The notes beneath the pieces were generated by a model. That model did no database searches and was not told the DNA's origin. It saw nothing but the letters and a program-made list of their open reading frames with translations. This document shows positions 35,513 to 47,167 of a DNA stretch of 64,000 nt, in pieces. Numbering within the stretch: the first letter of the stretch is position 1; the number at the start of each line of letters is the position of its first letter. A program made the translations under genes and the position numbers. The DNA is from a virus. The stretch lies in the IMG/VR virus record IMGVR_UViG_3300035661_000023, positions 1-64,000 of that record. The stretch is one strand, 5' to 3'.

Positions 35513-36475
35513 TCAAACCTTCCAAACAAATTTAGACTCATCCCAATCTCTAGCATATTCCCTCTACATCCCCTAAAAGAAATCATTGAAAGTGTAATCG
35601 TTGATTGCTTTATAGAACCACTCAGAGATAGGATCATATGTTACTTCAAACGGTGGTTGGAAACCGAGCTGTTTGAAGCACTCATTGATTCTTGATTTAA
35701 CAAAATTCTTCAATTGTTTGGCAGTAATTCCATCCTGTGTGCCCTTCTCAAACACCATATCAATGATTTCATCTTCATGTTCGAAGATCTTTAGGGCTGC
35801 GGTGGTAATTTTACATTTCAATGATTCCCATTGTTCTGCATTCAGACCAGCATTTTTTGCCTTGACCTTAAACGCGTAAGCAGAAGCAAGTGCATGCAGA
35901 TTTTCATCGCGCAGAGAGAAATTGATACCGCGAACTACATTCAATAGTTTATTCTTGCCCTGCTACTGGAAGTGTTTCAAGTAAGCAAATGCGGAATAAA
36001 GAATAACACCTTCTACCATAGAGAATGTAGCAAGAGCAGCGAGTTCATCTTCTTCTGAAATGATCTGTGCGATATGCTCCATACGTTCTTTTAGCACTGG
36101 GTTATCAAGATACTACATGTAAAAGTTTTCGTCATCCAAATGCAGAAGTTGATTGATCTTATTATAAAAGGGTCCATGTACTGCAAGTTCGAACATAGCA
36201 AATGTGGAAGCCATCCGGTGCCATTCTACACCATCAAACATTCCCTTGAATCTGCCTCCCCACCATTCGTCCCCTGCATGTGTCTCATACAGAGAGAACA
36301 ATTTCAGTGTAGTGATTACCCCATGTTTTTCTGCCGGTGTGAAATTCACCAACACATCTTGAATATCTTTTTCTACATTTACTTCTTCTGGTAACCAAAA
36401 TATCTTTAGTTGTTTATCCGTAAACTCTTGTGGTACTGGATCTTTATCAATCGGGATTAAGTGTTTTGCTAGCAT
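35513..36475 (-). CDS. nrdB: Ribonucleotide reductase class I beta subunit (4 in-frame TAGs)
   Basis: FWLPEE, FSLYE, ELAVH..FY, VEGVILYSAF, KHFQ*QGKNKL, RDENLH, NDFF*G. The di-iron ligands lie on both sides of TAGs. Confidence 0.93.
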
Positions 36476-36481
36476 TTTTCC

Positions 36482-36877
36482 TCAGTGTGAGTAAGTTGGT
36501 TTTTGTTTGTCATAATAATGTGTGTCAATATCTTCAGTCATCAATTTGATAATGTCATTCCAATTAACATCTTCAAGTTCATTCATATCTTCATCATATA
36601 CAGTCCCATAGGCACAAATATCTGATATAAAGAAACCAGTGTTAGTTAACTTGCCAATAAATTCTGCGACATCATACAACTCATTACAAACAGCACCTGT
36701 TCTGATAGTAAAACCCGCTTCTACTTTCTTTTCTGTGTGATTCCTAATCATGAACCTGATTATAGGGACATAAAATGTATCAGTATCCTATACTACTTTA
36801 ATACAATCAATTGCTAGTAGATCGAATTGATCTTCTATAACAGGAAAACAAGAAAAGAGTTTTACATAATCAATCAT
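36482..36877 (-). CDS. Hypothetical protein
   Basis: Extends from the ATG at 36877 through one TAG into track ORF 36482..36751 and fills the gap after primase. Confidence 0.6.
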
Positions 36878-36879
36878 TT

Positions 36880-37899
36880 TTAGAATTTCTTTCTATGATT
36901 GATTTCAAGTTTAGCTTTAAGCCCTGTGGTCACATTCTGCATTATAATTTCCATCAATTTCTGTTTAGACAAATTACCTTTGACAACACAATCATTTATA
37001 TCTTTCCACGGAATAGATTCTGGCATCAGAGATACACGGAACCCATCATCAACAATCCTCTCCAATGATTTATATACCTGCTTATTTCTTTTCCAATCAG
37101 AATCTGGTATTACTATAATCTTTTCTCTATTTTGTTCTAGGAATGGAAGACTGAAGTCACCTCCATTTACTGCTATGCAATTATCCAGAAACAATGAATC
37201 GATCTGACCTTCGACTGCCAGAATATCTTTGTTCATGTCTAATTTCCATAGCCCGTAAATTTTTGGTCTTGCTTTATCAACCATTACCGTGACATATTTT
37301 GGTTGTTCTTTTCCAAATGAACGACCCGAATAGCAAATAACAGATCCATCTGAATCATAAAAGGGGAATACTAATCTTGGATGGGGACTATTTAACTTTT
37401 CAAAAACCTCATCATACTTCGCTGCAAATTTGTAGAAGTTCTTGGCGATGCTGATATCCTACCAGAATTCTCTTGGGATTCTTCGGGACGTCACATATTG
37501 TATCACAGAACTGGATTCTTGTAGCTTTGTTAGCGGAATCAAATCTTTATCCAGATCTATGTGCTTTGGTTCAGGTTTTTTGACAATAGAAGTGAACAGT
37601 GGCTTCGGTGTAGTAAACCCACCCTTAGAATCTTTGAACTTCTCCATCCTATACTCTTGAAATAGATTTGGATCTTCTTGTTTCAAGAAATTGCCGAATG
37701 AACTTGAAGCCGAACAGTGGTAGCAATGAAACATCATACCATCATCCATCTGGTAGAAGTTTCCTCTAGCTTGAACTCTGCTTTTACTGAAGTCTTCGCA
37801 TGAATGAGAAAAAGCATAAACATTCCCCCTCTTCTGTTTGAAGTTTGGGAGTCTGCCGCCTAGTAGTTTGGAGTATTTTAGGTCAATGTAGTAGCTCAT
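36880..37899 (-). CDS. gp61: DNA primase gp61
   Basis: FHCYHC zinc finger, RLVFPFY...GRSF, VEGQIDSLFL, KDIND. One TAG at 37459. Confidence 0.92.
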
Positions 37900-38211
37900 A
37901 ATGAGTACTATATCATAAAAACAAGGGAAGAACGCGGGAAACTTAAAAAACTGTGTTTTCTATCAAAAAGGTAAGGGATACCCCTTAGTACGCAAAAAAC
38001 GATCAAAAAAGTGTATATAGATCAATCACTTAGCTGTGTGTTTTTACAGTTCTAAACAATTTTCTAGAGATTTCTCTAGTGATTTCCTGGGATTCCCTCT
38101 GGTGTGAAAAATATTTTGCTAAGAGGGGTTTACATCGGAATCGTTCAATATACAATCATATTAAAAGGATAATCTTAGTTGCCCCCACCGCTCGGTTGTA
38201 ATGTAACTATA

Positions 38212-38349
38212 TTAGACTAAGGTCTTTAACTTTGGTGGATCTTGCATCAGATCAGGTGGTGGCAATGGAAACTTTTGTTTTTCTGCAACTGGTACTGTGC
38301 TGCACCCAGCAAATAATAGAACACACAACGATGCTAAAATGAATTTCAT
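38212..38349 (-). CDS. Outer-membrane lipoprotein (o-spanin-like)
   Basis: MKFILASLCVLLFAGC lipobox followed by Pro-rich KFPLPPPDLMQDPP. Confidence 0.7.
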   Translation of the reverse strand: MKFILASLCVLLFAGCSTVPVAEKQKFPLPPPDLMQDPPKLKTLV

Positions 38350-38912
38350 TTGTTTTCGTTCCATAATTTTTCTTGTCTGCGGACCCACTCTTGAAGAGAC
38401 TTAAGTTGCTGAGCAGTTCTTTGGCAAGTTGAGTAATTCTCTTTCACGACCGAACTCACATCACTAAGTTTTATATCAGATGGTGTGGTGTCTGTTTCTT
38501 CAGGTGAGATGAGAACTTGATTTACAACTGAATCATGTAATCTCACAAACCCAGTGTTGATAGTACAAGCAGAATCATCCTTCACAGTAACAAATTTAGT
38601 CACAACTTGTTGTTGCACTCTATCTATATATCTAATCTCTGGATAAAATTCTGTAAGAATCTGGGTGTTGATATAAGCAGATTGCGCTTGAAGAGAAGCA
38701 ATTTCTAATCTAGCAGCAGACATTTTGATTTCCCAATCAAGTCTTTCCTATTCTTTTCCCTTAAAGAATAAACCAAGACTAATTAGCAAAACACCAATGA
38801 ACTGACCAATAATCTTGTATTGACCAATTGGCAGAATATATGAAGCTAGAAATAATACTGATCCAATAATCAATATTGAAAAACTATACTAGATAATAAA
38901 AGATTCAATCAT
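38346..38912 (-). CDS. Inner-membrane spanin-like protein (Rz-like)
   Basis: N-terminal TM helices visible only with TAG read-through, then CTINTGFVRLHD and NYSTC...QLKSLQEW. Confidence 0.65.
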
Positions 38913-39664
38913 AGGTCTACAATTTCAATTTCATCATAAATGGTATAAAATGATTCTGCTAATTGTTTTGGCTTGCGTTTGATGTTTGCCCAATTACCAG
39001 AACCTTTTCTAGAATATCTGATACCTTTCAGTGTTCCCTTTGAATCTTTAAGAACGATAATACCCGTTGGATTCTTTTTGGCGAAATCATATATCTCTTT
39101 GTGACTGTTATCTTCCAAATTCAGATACTGATTCCATCTACGATATTTAGCCTTGCCTTTGCTAAATTTTCCGAATGTGTCATCATCAACTTGGAATTCA
39201 GCAAATCTTCTAACGATCTTGGATTTCTTGACTGGAGTATCGGTAGCGACACCAGCACCTGTTGAGTTAGCAGGCGCGTCTTCTGAGAGTGCTTCAAATG
39301 CATCTTCTACCAAGTCGCGTTCTTCAAAAGGAAGATTCCAGACTCTATCAAAGTTCTCACGGAAGTGAATCAGAGCTTGATCCTCAGAATGTTGTGCTTC
39401 AACAGATTCACGTACTAGAAGATATGCTGCAGCTAAAGAACCAATTCTAGTCTTGCCACCTGGTACTAGAGCAAACACTTTCTTGATGTTCCATACCAGG
39501 CGATGTAGCATGCTGGTAGAATTCTTTTCTTCAGGTGTTTTCGCATTCTTTAGTTTATTCCCATTTGCATCAATTAAACCATACTTAAATGCATCAGTCT
39601 TTTCAAATGGGACTGTTAGCAAGTAAATTATGCGAAGGGCTATGAGGTTGTCTACGATGCGCAC
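38909..39664 (-). CDS. Conserved T4-like hypothetical protein
   Basis: LLTVPFEKTDAFKYGLIDANG...LHRLVWNIKK...EDAPANSTG. Confidence 0.7.
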   Translation of the reverse strand: MRIVDNLIALRIIYLLTVPFEKTDAFKYGLIDANGNKLKNAKTPEEKNSTSMLHRLVWNIKKVFALVPGGKTRIGSLAAAYLLVRESVEAQHSEDQALIHFRENFDRVWNLPFEERDLVEDAFEALSEDAPANSTGAGVATDTPVKKSKIVRRFAEFQVDDDTFGKFSKGKAKYRRWNQYLNLEDNSHKEIYDFAKKNPTGIIVLKDSKGTLKGIRYSRKGSGNWANIKRKPKQLAESFYTIYDEIEIVDL

Positions 39665-39667
39665 TTA

Positions 39668-40033
39668 TTATTCCCAGAGATTTGTTTTGTTATCACCATT
39701 ATATCTTTTGGCAAGATTGAGTGAAATTAATTGTTCATTTATCGTAGTTGCATTGCCATCTAGATTAATATCCGCCAGCCATCTTCCATACTTATCTGTC
39801 TTTGTCTACTGTATCACAACACTCTTATTCAAAATTTGATCAATAAGAAATTGTTTTGCTTGTTTTGCTATTGCTTGAATTGCTTCATTTTTAGAATTAA
39901 TTTCCGGAGTGTCAATCCCATTTAATCTAAATCTGATTTTTGTTGATACATTGAATCCAAGATCTACTACTGCATCAACAGTATCACCATCAACTATATT
40001 AGTAATAGTTGCATTATAGACATATCTAATCAT
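39668..40033 (-). CDS. Thermonuclease (SNase)-family nuclease
   Basis: IVDGDTVD...RFRLNGIDTPE...Q*TKTDKYGRWLA. Confidence 0.85.
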
Positions 40034-40404
40034 AACTTCCTCAACTTTTCTATGATTACTTGATCTAGACTTATATCACTGATTGGATATTTCCCCGAAA
40101 TAAGATAATCTTCTGGGAGTCTGTTCAAGAAAATTAAATATGGAATTAAAGTTCCCCATTGATGATCTTCAATTTTATAGAAGAGCATATCTAGTGTAGC
40201 ATTACCAAAAATGTTTAAACAAATAACTAGATGGTTCAGAACTAATCTCTCATTGCTAGCCCCCGAACCATCTAGATACTTATTGAATATCTTTTTAATA
40301 TGAGAAAATCTATCAATGTCCTATTTGAACTCATCCACAGATATGCATTGTGGATTATCATATGAGTGCAAAGCAAGTTGTAGAAAGATTTTCTCATTCA
40401 TCAT
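40030..40404 (-). CDS. Conserved T4-like hypothetical protein
   Basis: YDNPQC...EFK*DIDRF..IKK...NERLVLNHLVI..NIFG...MLFYKI. Absent from the track. Confidence 0.75.
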
Positions 40405-40422
40405 ACACAGATTGAATTAGAA

Positions 40423-40995
40423 TCAAGCAACGATTAGTTTAGCACCATTAGATGTGACCTGAGCAGTACCGCCGGCATTAGTAACCACACAACGATACTC
40501 GACACCATTCAGACCTGTAGAGTTAGAGATATTCAATGTGTTGGTAGTAGCCGTAGAATACACACCACCATTAGCAATATCAACATATGATGCTGCGCCA
40601 GTCTTTTGTTGCCACTGATATGTAGCACCAGCAGGCACAGAAACAACCACAGCAAATGTTGCCGCAGCAGGAGCTGTTACACTTGCTGTACTTGGTTGTG
40701 AGGTAATAGCAAACTCAACATCAGCAACAACAAAGTCATCAGCAGCATCGCCGGACTTAGAATTGAGAGCTGTAGAATTAGTCAGAGAAACCAAGCACTC
40801 AACATATGTACGCTGATTGCCACCGGCTTCATCTTTAGTCTTGATTAGATACCAACCTGGTCCTTTGATGCCTTTTGTCTTGTTAGAAGTCAGTGCTGCT
40901 TCTTCAGAAGAGACGAAGAATGCCTTTGCTTTATCAGCAGTGGGCAACCACTTTGGTTTAGAGATTTCTGCATCTGTTATGCCGAATAGTGCCAT
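40423..40995 (-). CDS. Virion protein with a C-terminal Ig-like domain
   Basis: MALFG...PGW N-terminal domain followed by ITSQP...TYQWQ...YRCVVTN. Confidence 0.7.
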   Translation of the reverse strand: MALFGITDAEISKPKWLPTADKAKAFFVSSEEAALTSNKTKGIKGPGWYLIKTKDEAGGNQRTYVECLVSLTNSTALNSKSGDAADDFVVADVEFAITSQPSTASVTAPAAATFAVVVSVPAGATYQWQQKTGAASYVDIANGGVYSTATTNTLNISNSTGLNGVEYRCVVTNAGGTAQVTSNGAKLIVA

Positions 40996-41039
40996 TTTGT
41001 TTCCTTAAGTTAATTGTTTGTTATTTATTAGTGATCTGA

Positions 41040-42200
41040 TTATTCTTTGATCAGATTTCCAGAGAGTTTAGCTGCATACCTAGCAATCTTTGAATCTACA
41101 GATTCATTTGCTTCTTTGGATTCTTTAGTCAGACGATCAGTAGCCTTAGCGACACCCTTCAGACGCTTAGTAGAAGTTTCTGTAGCATCATATGAAGCCT
41201 TGTGCATAGTATCTGCATATCCTTCTCTGCGCTTTGCATTCTCCGGTTCGCCTGCTTTTCTATAGTATTCAGCATCTGCTCGTGCTTCTTTTTCATGATT
41301 GTTATTGTGCATTGCAGCAGTTGCATTTACAGTAGAAGAACCAGCAGCTTTCTTGATGTATGAACCCAGAGTTTTCTTGCTCAGTTCATCCAGAGATTGA
41401 TATTCTTCATCCAACATGAATTCAACGATAGAGTTGAGTGACTGACCTTCGGTGATATCTGCCCAATCTTCTTCGTCTAGTCCCACTGATTCATTCATAG
41501 CCTTGCGAGCTTTATCTACTGAACCACCTGGAATTGATTGACCATGATGATCAACATGACGAATTGTATATCGTCCACGGAACATTTCCTCACCTTGAGC
41601 ATGTGCTGCATCGGATGCCGCTTTATATCCATCATCTGTTGACAGATTTACACCATTTTGTCCGTGGGTAAATGTTGGTGCTTTGCCAAGCAGATCTTTG
41701 TCAGTCCCGCGAGTAGGTCTTACTTCCAAAGAATTTAGCATTGCTTTGTAAGTTTTAGCTTCTTCTAGTTCTTCGGACTCATTAGTGCCAGCCAGCTTAG
41801 CGGCTTTACGAGCAGCTAACTTAGCCTTCATACTAGCTTTAGCCTCATCAGACCAACCCTTACCAGTAACACCAGAACCATTCTTGTTCAGAGCACCAGC
41901 AGGGCGCCCACGACCACGCTTGACTGCTGGTTCGGCAGCAACTGTGGACTTGGCTGCTTTGCCAGAATCTTCATCATCTGGTAGCACTTTTGAATATACA
42001 CGACCTGTTGAGGTTTTCTTTTCCTTGTGTCCGGTCATAGTATAGTCGGTGTTAACAGCAGAGCGCTTGACCTTCTTAGGTTCATCTGCAGGTACACCTT
42101 TACCGTACTTGCTCAGTGTTTTTCCGATAGAACCGAAGTCCATCTCGTCAACCTGATCTTCTTCTAAGCTAGTACCAAATTTGATTTCTGATTTTGACAT
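41040..42200 (-). CDS. Putative internal head/core protein with AT-hook
   Basis: KRGRGRP AT-hook, LDELSKKTLGSYIKKA motif and many xxE-S/A putative protease sites. Confidence 0.6.
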   Translation of the reverse strand: MSKSEIKFGTSLEEDQVDEMDFGSIGKTLSKYGKGVPADEPKKVKRSAVNTDYTMTGHKEKKTSTGRVYSKVLPDDEDSGKAAKSTVAAEPAVKRGRGRPAGALNKNGSGVTGKGWSDEAKASMKAKLAARKAAKLAGTNESEELEEAKTYKAMLNSLEVRPTRGTDKDLLGKAPTFTHGQNGVNLSTDDGYKAASDAAHAQGEEMFRGRYTIRHVDHHGQSIPGGSVDKARKAMNESVGLDEEDWADITEGQSLNSIVEFMLDEEYQSLDELSKKTLGSYIKKAAGSSTVNATAAMHNNNHEKEARADAEYYRKAGEPENAKRREGYADTMHKASYDATETSTKRLKGVAKATDRLTKESKEANESVDSKIARYAAKLSGNLIKE

Positions 42201-42243
42201 TGTTAAAACTCTCCTATATTCTTTTATTTAATCTTCACCGGAA

Positions 42244-43026
42244 TTAAGAACCAATGGTCATTCTGTGTGCTGGATATAATCTACCATCAGCCCCTACCTT
42301 CTTATCAGCCGAAGCAATCTCACCTTCTTTCATAGCAGAGTATCTACCTGTGGAAATAAGTTGCTGTGCTCTCATGGATGAACCAACTGAATCATGAGTA
42401 TGCCAAGTTCCATCCGATTTCTTGGATTGGATGACGAACTCACGTCCTGCTTTACGGCTCAGTACTTGATATTCCTTACCGTCTTTTTCTTTAGAGGAAT
42501 GTACAACAGTTGCTTCATCAACTTCATGTACAATCTCTTCGGATTCTGTAACACCCCAGCGTTGCCCAGCTTTCTTGTAGGAAGATTTTGCAGTAGCCTT
42601 AGTAATACCATCTTGTCTCTTACCGGACTTGTCTAGCAATTCCATAGCACGAGTTAGATTCTTAGATCTACCAGCTTTGTTCATCAGTGCTGAACTGGAT
42701 TTCTTAGCCTTCTCTGCATATGAATCCAGAGTACCTGTAGACAATTCATTGACGGTTGCTTCACGCTTGAACTTTACAGTATGAGCATTACCGGTCGACT
42801 TGCTAAGTTCTTCTGCCTTTTTCTTAGCTGCAATTTCACTATATGCAACATGAACCTGCTTGCCTTTGTGGTCAACTACAGTGAACGATTCACCAAGTTC
42901 TGATACAATCTCTGCAGATTCATCAAGTTTGCGCTTGCAAAGTTTCTTTACTGTAGCCAAAGCCTTAGTCTTATATGACTGAATGGTGTCGGTTGATAAT
43001 TTATTGGTATGCATAACTTCTTTCAT
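42244..43026 (-). CDS. Putative internal head protein
   Basis: VNELSTGTLDSYAEKA and KLSTDTIQSYKTKA motifs shared with 41040..42200. Confidence 0.6.
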   Translation of the reverse strand: MKEVMHTNKLSTDTIQSYKTKALATVKKLCKRKLDESAEIVSELGESFTVVDHKGKQVHVAYSEIAAKKKAEELSKSTGNAHTVKFKREATVNELSTGTLDSYAEKAKKSSSALMNKAGRSKNLTRAMELLDKSGKRQDGITKATAKSSYKKAGQRWGVTESEEIVHEVDEATVVHSSKEKDGKEYQVLSRKAGREFVIQSKKSDGTWHTHDSVGSSMRAQQLISTGRYSAMKEGEIASADKKVGADGRLYPAHRMTIGS

Positions 43027-43027
43027 A

Positions 43028-44092
43028 TTATCGTGATAGACGTTCTTTTTCCACTTGTCTGACAAGTGGAACTAATTTCATAGCCATTCTATCAATGACA
43101 TTCTTTCTGCGTTTGATAATACGCTCAATGCGTTCCTTTTCACCCGAGGAAAGTTGGTCCAATGGCTTCTTTGCTAATTTCTTTTCCATGGCTTTTACAG
43201 CCAGTTTTCTTGCTCTATGATTCAGCGTAGCACCACTTGAATGCTTCTTCAGGGCAATCTTCAATTTAGCTTGAAGTTTATTCTTGTTTTTTGCCATTCG
43301 GATTCTTGCTTTAAGTCTCTCCGAACGGGATAATACTTCATTCAGTTCTGATTCATCGATAGACTCTTCCAAATGATTCCCTTTTTCATCATAGATTCCA
43401 AACTCTTCATCATCATATGTGGAAAGAATATCTTCATGATCTAAATCTGCAATCATGGCATCCAACTCTTGATCCGAAAATTCATCATCATCTACTTGTT
43501 TCTTTTCCTCTGTGACGATAATCTTTACTTTAGGAGAAGCGACAACATCAATGCCGGCAGATTCTGCCAGTTTTAACATCTCATCTACCAGTGCTGCGTT
43601 CTCTGCCGACATTTCACCTGCACTAGCAATTGCATTCTCAATAACTTGTGTGGGTGTTTCACCGGCAACAGACTTATATCCGAGTGACTGTGCAATAATA
43701 GATGCCGCTTGTGTTTTTCGTGTCAGATCTTCATTTACTTGCTTCTTGACTGTAATCTTGGCAACTTTCACCTATTCCTTAACAGGAAGAACAGGTTTCT
43801 GTTTTGTTGCGATCTCAATACAAGGTTCAAATGTGATAGATTCTTGCAGAGGTGTGTAGATCTTATTATCAATCACTACTTCTAGCCTAACTGGATAATT
43901 GCCAGCAGATAGAATATTCTTTAGTACTGGAATTTCTACTTCGGTAGATTCGTTAACATTTCTACATGGTAGCATAATGCTGAAATCTTTGCCCTCTATA
44001 ATGAATCTTGCCATGGGCTGAGATTCTGCTCCAGTTACTGAAACACCAAATTCTAACTTGGTACTTTCGTCTAATTTTAGTTGTGTGATCAT
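43028..44092 (-). CDS. Putative prohead-associated protein
   Basis: Track ORFs 43772..44092 and 43028..43771 are one frame joined by a TAG (VKE*VKV). C-terminal LNEVLSRSERLKARIRM...EKER. Confidence 0.65.
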
Positions 44093-44118
44093 GTTAAGTC
44101 CATCAAGAATGAATTGAA

Positions 44119-44430
44119 TTATTTATTATTTGTGTATGCATTAATAGCAGTTTCTGCAATTTTTGCCCCTGACCAAATTCCCAGATAAGACAAGAACATC
44201 CAAGTATCAATTGTATTGTTCTTTAGTACAATGTACATGACGACCCAAGTGCTTACTGCTAATGATACGAATATTGCCATACGAAATGCAGATGGTTTTC
44301 CTGAATCATCTCTGAGCATATCTTCGAATTCGAAATTGTTGTCTGGGTCCTTTTGTACGCGATAGAGTACCCAGCCACCCATCATGAAAATGAGTAACAT
44401 CACAATTGACGCTATATCAAAGCTATCCAT
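44119..44430 (-). CDS. Three-TM membrane protein (holin-like)
   Basis: Hydrophobic helices, with DMLRDDSGKPSAFR preceding TM2. Confidence 0.55.
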   Translation of the reverse strand: MDSFDIASIVMLLIFMMGGWVLYRVQKDPDNNFEFEDMLRDDSGKPSAFRMAIFVSLAVSTWVVMYIVLKNNTIDTWMFLSYLGIWSGAKIAETAINAYTNNK

Positions 44431-44827
44431 TAGTCTATCTAGATGTTGTTGCAATTCTATTCACCGTTATAGTTATCTGTTCTTGTTCGTAAATCTGAAC
44501 TCCATTCACAGATACCATAACATTATTAGTCGAAAAGTTCTTGATTCCTTTTAACGTGGCAATAACTCTAGCTTGTTTTTCATCAACAATCTGAGTATCC
44601 TCGTACCATTTTCCATTGTATTTAATTCTTACGGTTACTCGGAAATGTGTTGGCTTCCTATGTAATGGGGCAGGAACGAAACCACCCCAGCCTCCACCAC
44701 CACTGGAATGAGGGATGACAGGCTCAATGATTACTTCTGTTTCGTATGTACCTAGATTTGCTATAGATCTGGTAGTGACCTAACCAGGGAATAAACCTTG
44801 TACCGCTAGATTCTTATGCTCGAACAT
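44417..44827 (-). CDS. Hypothetical protein
   Basis: MFEHKNLAVQGLFPG*VTT... stays open through TAGs and fills the gap. Confidence 0.55.
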
Positions 44828-44831
44828 AGAA

Positions 44832-45569
44832 TTAGACTCGAGTTATGATGGTTTCTGTGGATGTTGTGACGATGTTCTGGCTTATAGATCCAGCGACACG
44901 TGCATTCTCTGTGACGATCAGTGGCTTAGTAATGTCCAAACCGAGAAGTTCATACATTTCCAGAATCATAGTTGCTTGTGTTGGAGTCAGTCCAGCAGTC
45001 TGGTTTTCCAGAGTTAGTACATGAGCAAGTTCAGGAGCAAGTTCAGTGCGAACTGCAGCTGCTATAGTATTAGCCTAAGGTATCTGGTTTGATTTAGCTA
45101 GGACTGTAGATGATTCAATTTCTGCTAGAGTAGCTCCGCCACCAGCTCCAGTCTACGTCAATGTTCTATCTGTATAATTCCAGATATCTGCCGCTGTTGG
45201 TCCAGAACTACCTGATGTTGATACCGTGTTCACCAATGCGGAAACTGTAGCAGGAAACTGTGCTACCATTCCTGGAGTATAATAGGCTGTTTCATAGTCG
45301 TCAGAGTACAACACACCAGTAACTCTGACCTTAGTAAAATCCAAAGATAGCTTCCAACCATTGATCAAGAAGTACACATCACCTGTATACACACCTGGGC
45401 CAATTTGATCCAAACCTGTCACCCTGATGGCAGGAAGATATTTGAGGTTATCGGCTGTGGCTATCCAGTCTACCCAGGCAGAATATACATCTACTCGAAT
45501 ATCAAGAGATGTTACTGTGCTCAGTACACTGATTACCTTTGTCACACCATCAAATGTTACTTTTGCCAT
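44832..45569 (-). CDS. Virion structural protein
   Basis: MAKVTFDGVTKVI...VYSAWVDW...YFLINGWK, extended via TAGs to TAA. Confidence 0.65.
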
Positions 45570-45634
45570 CGATAAGAATTAGTTCAAAAAATAAGGGGAA
45601 TGTTCCCTTATTTACAGATGAAAATCTGAGATGA

Positions 45635-47068
45635 TTAGGATGCGTAGACGCGATCTTGTTCTGCAGTCAATGACAGAGAAATGGCTTTACTTCTAGTCAG
45701 AGTACCAGTTGCAACCACATACTTGCCAGAACCTGGGCGGACACCAATCAAGGTAATCGCTCTGTCTGTAGCCGGAGTTGCTCCACCCTGTACGTTACCA
45801 TCATAGTCATACGTGAAGGCAATAGATGAAGCGGAAATAGTTCCTGTGATTGGTGTGCCCTAGGCATCGTTAACTGTGATCGCACCAGATTCACCATAGT
45901 CGTTACCAGCACCCGGAGGAGATGTGAACATCATGCGATATGAAGAACCAGCTCCTATCAATGGCGCGTTGAATGTAATTGTACCAACTGCGGTGTATGG
46001 GTTAGTTCTCAGCGTATTTGAATCATCATAGAATTCAATACGGTTAGAGTCAGCTGACTGGATATTATCGATGTAAACTGATTGTGATGTTACCAGAGTA
46101 TCACCAACGAATGTCAACAGAGAAGAAGCAGTCTTACCAGTTACAGAACCTGCGGTACCGGCAGTGTTGATGTTACTGTTCTGACGCAACAAGTATTGAA
46201 TCTTGGTGTAGATCTGTTCAAGTGTTGCATTGTTACCGTTAATGATAATCTTGAAGTTTCTAGAAGTACCACCGATAACTCTTGTCTGGTTTTCCGTGTA
46301 GTAGGAAACATTAATACCAGAGTATGGTGCTCCTGACATTGCAGCATCAAGAATAGGTGAACCAGAAGAGTAGGTCTTCAAGTCATCTTCGTTTGACAGC
46401 AGAACATTAACGATGTTAGCACCAGTAGATGTCTTACCGGTATCAGCCAGCACTGAGTCTTTGTACTTCTTGTTAGATTCTCTAACGAATGCCTTGAAGT
46501 AAGTTCTCTTGTCGAATGTTGTCGTTGTTGCATCAGCTGTAATATCACCATAAATCTGGATACCTTCGTCACATTGGTCAGTGAATGTAAAGTTAGTAGG
46601 AGCATCAATAGAAGCTCGTTGATAGTACAACTGAGAACCAGCGGATACGGAACCCAGACCCACAATACCCACATACTGTCTAGCCAAAGCACCACCAGAG
46701 ATTAGGTTACCAGAACCATCATACACACCAGCTGTGAATTCAGACCAACCACCATCACGCAGCATTTGACGGGTTGCATCATTAGCTGGTTTCCAGCCGT
46801 TGTACCGAGCACCATCAGTACCAAATTGGAACTGACCAGAAAGTCGGTCAATCGCATACATCGGAAATGGAGAATCTTGGTATGCAAGCGTATTCCACAA
46901 GTCAACAAACTTAGAATATAAAGCAGCTAGTTCTACTCCATCTTTGGCAATTAAGCCGTTTGTAGTAGAACCGTCTGCAGACGCAATAAGTGTAAATGTT
47001 TTAGCAACTTCGTCAATTGTAAGATTTGTTCCTACTATAAGTTGCGTTCTGCTATTCAGCTTTGCCAT
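45635..47068 (-). CDS. Virion structural protein (477 aa)
   Basis: ALYSKFVDLW...PFPM...GW...LRDGGW, extended by one TAG (VNDA*GTPITG). Confidence 0.7.
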
Positions 47069-47092
47069 GAATTTTCCTTAATAGTTTTGATA

Positions 47093-47100
47093 TATTTATA
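47093..47100 (-). promoter_or_regulatory. T4-type late promoter TATAAATA
   Basis: Exact motif 25 nt upstream of the ATG at 47068. Confidence 0.7.
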
Positions 47101-47146
47101 GTCAAGCGAGAAACACATATGATCTTTAGTTGTGTATTAAGTTCAT
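47101..47146. repeat. Dispersed palindromic element, copy 4
   Basis: gtcaagcgagaaacacatatg atctttag ttgtgtattaagttcat. Confidence 0.65.
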
Positions 47147-47167
47147 CTTTAGTGTAACTTGTGTAAC

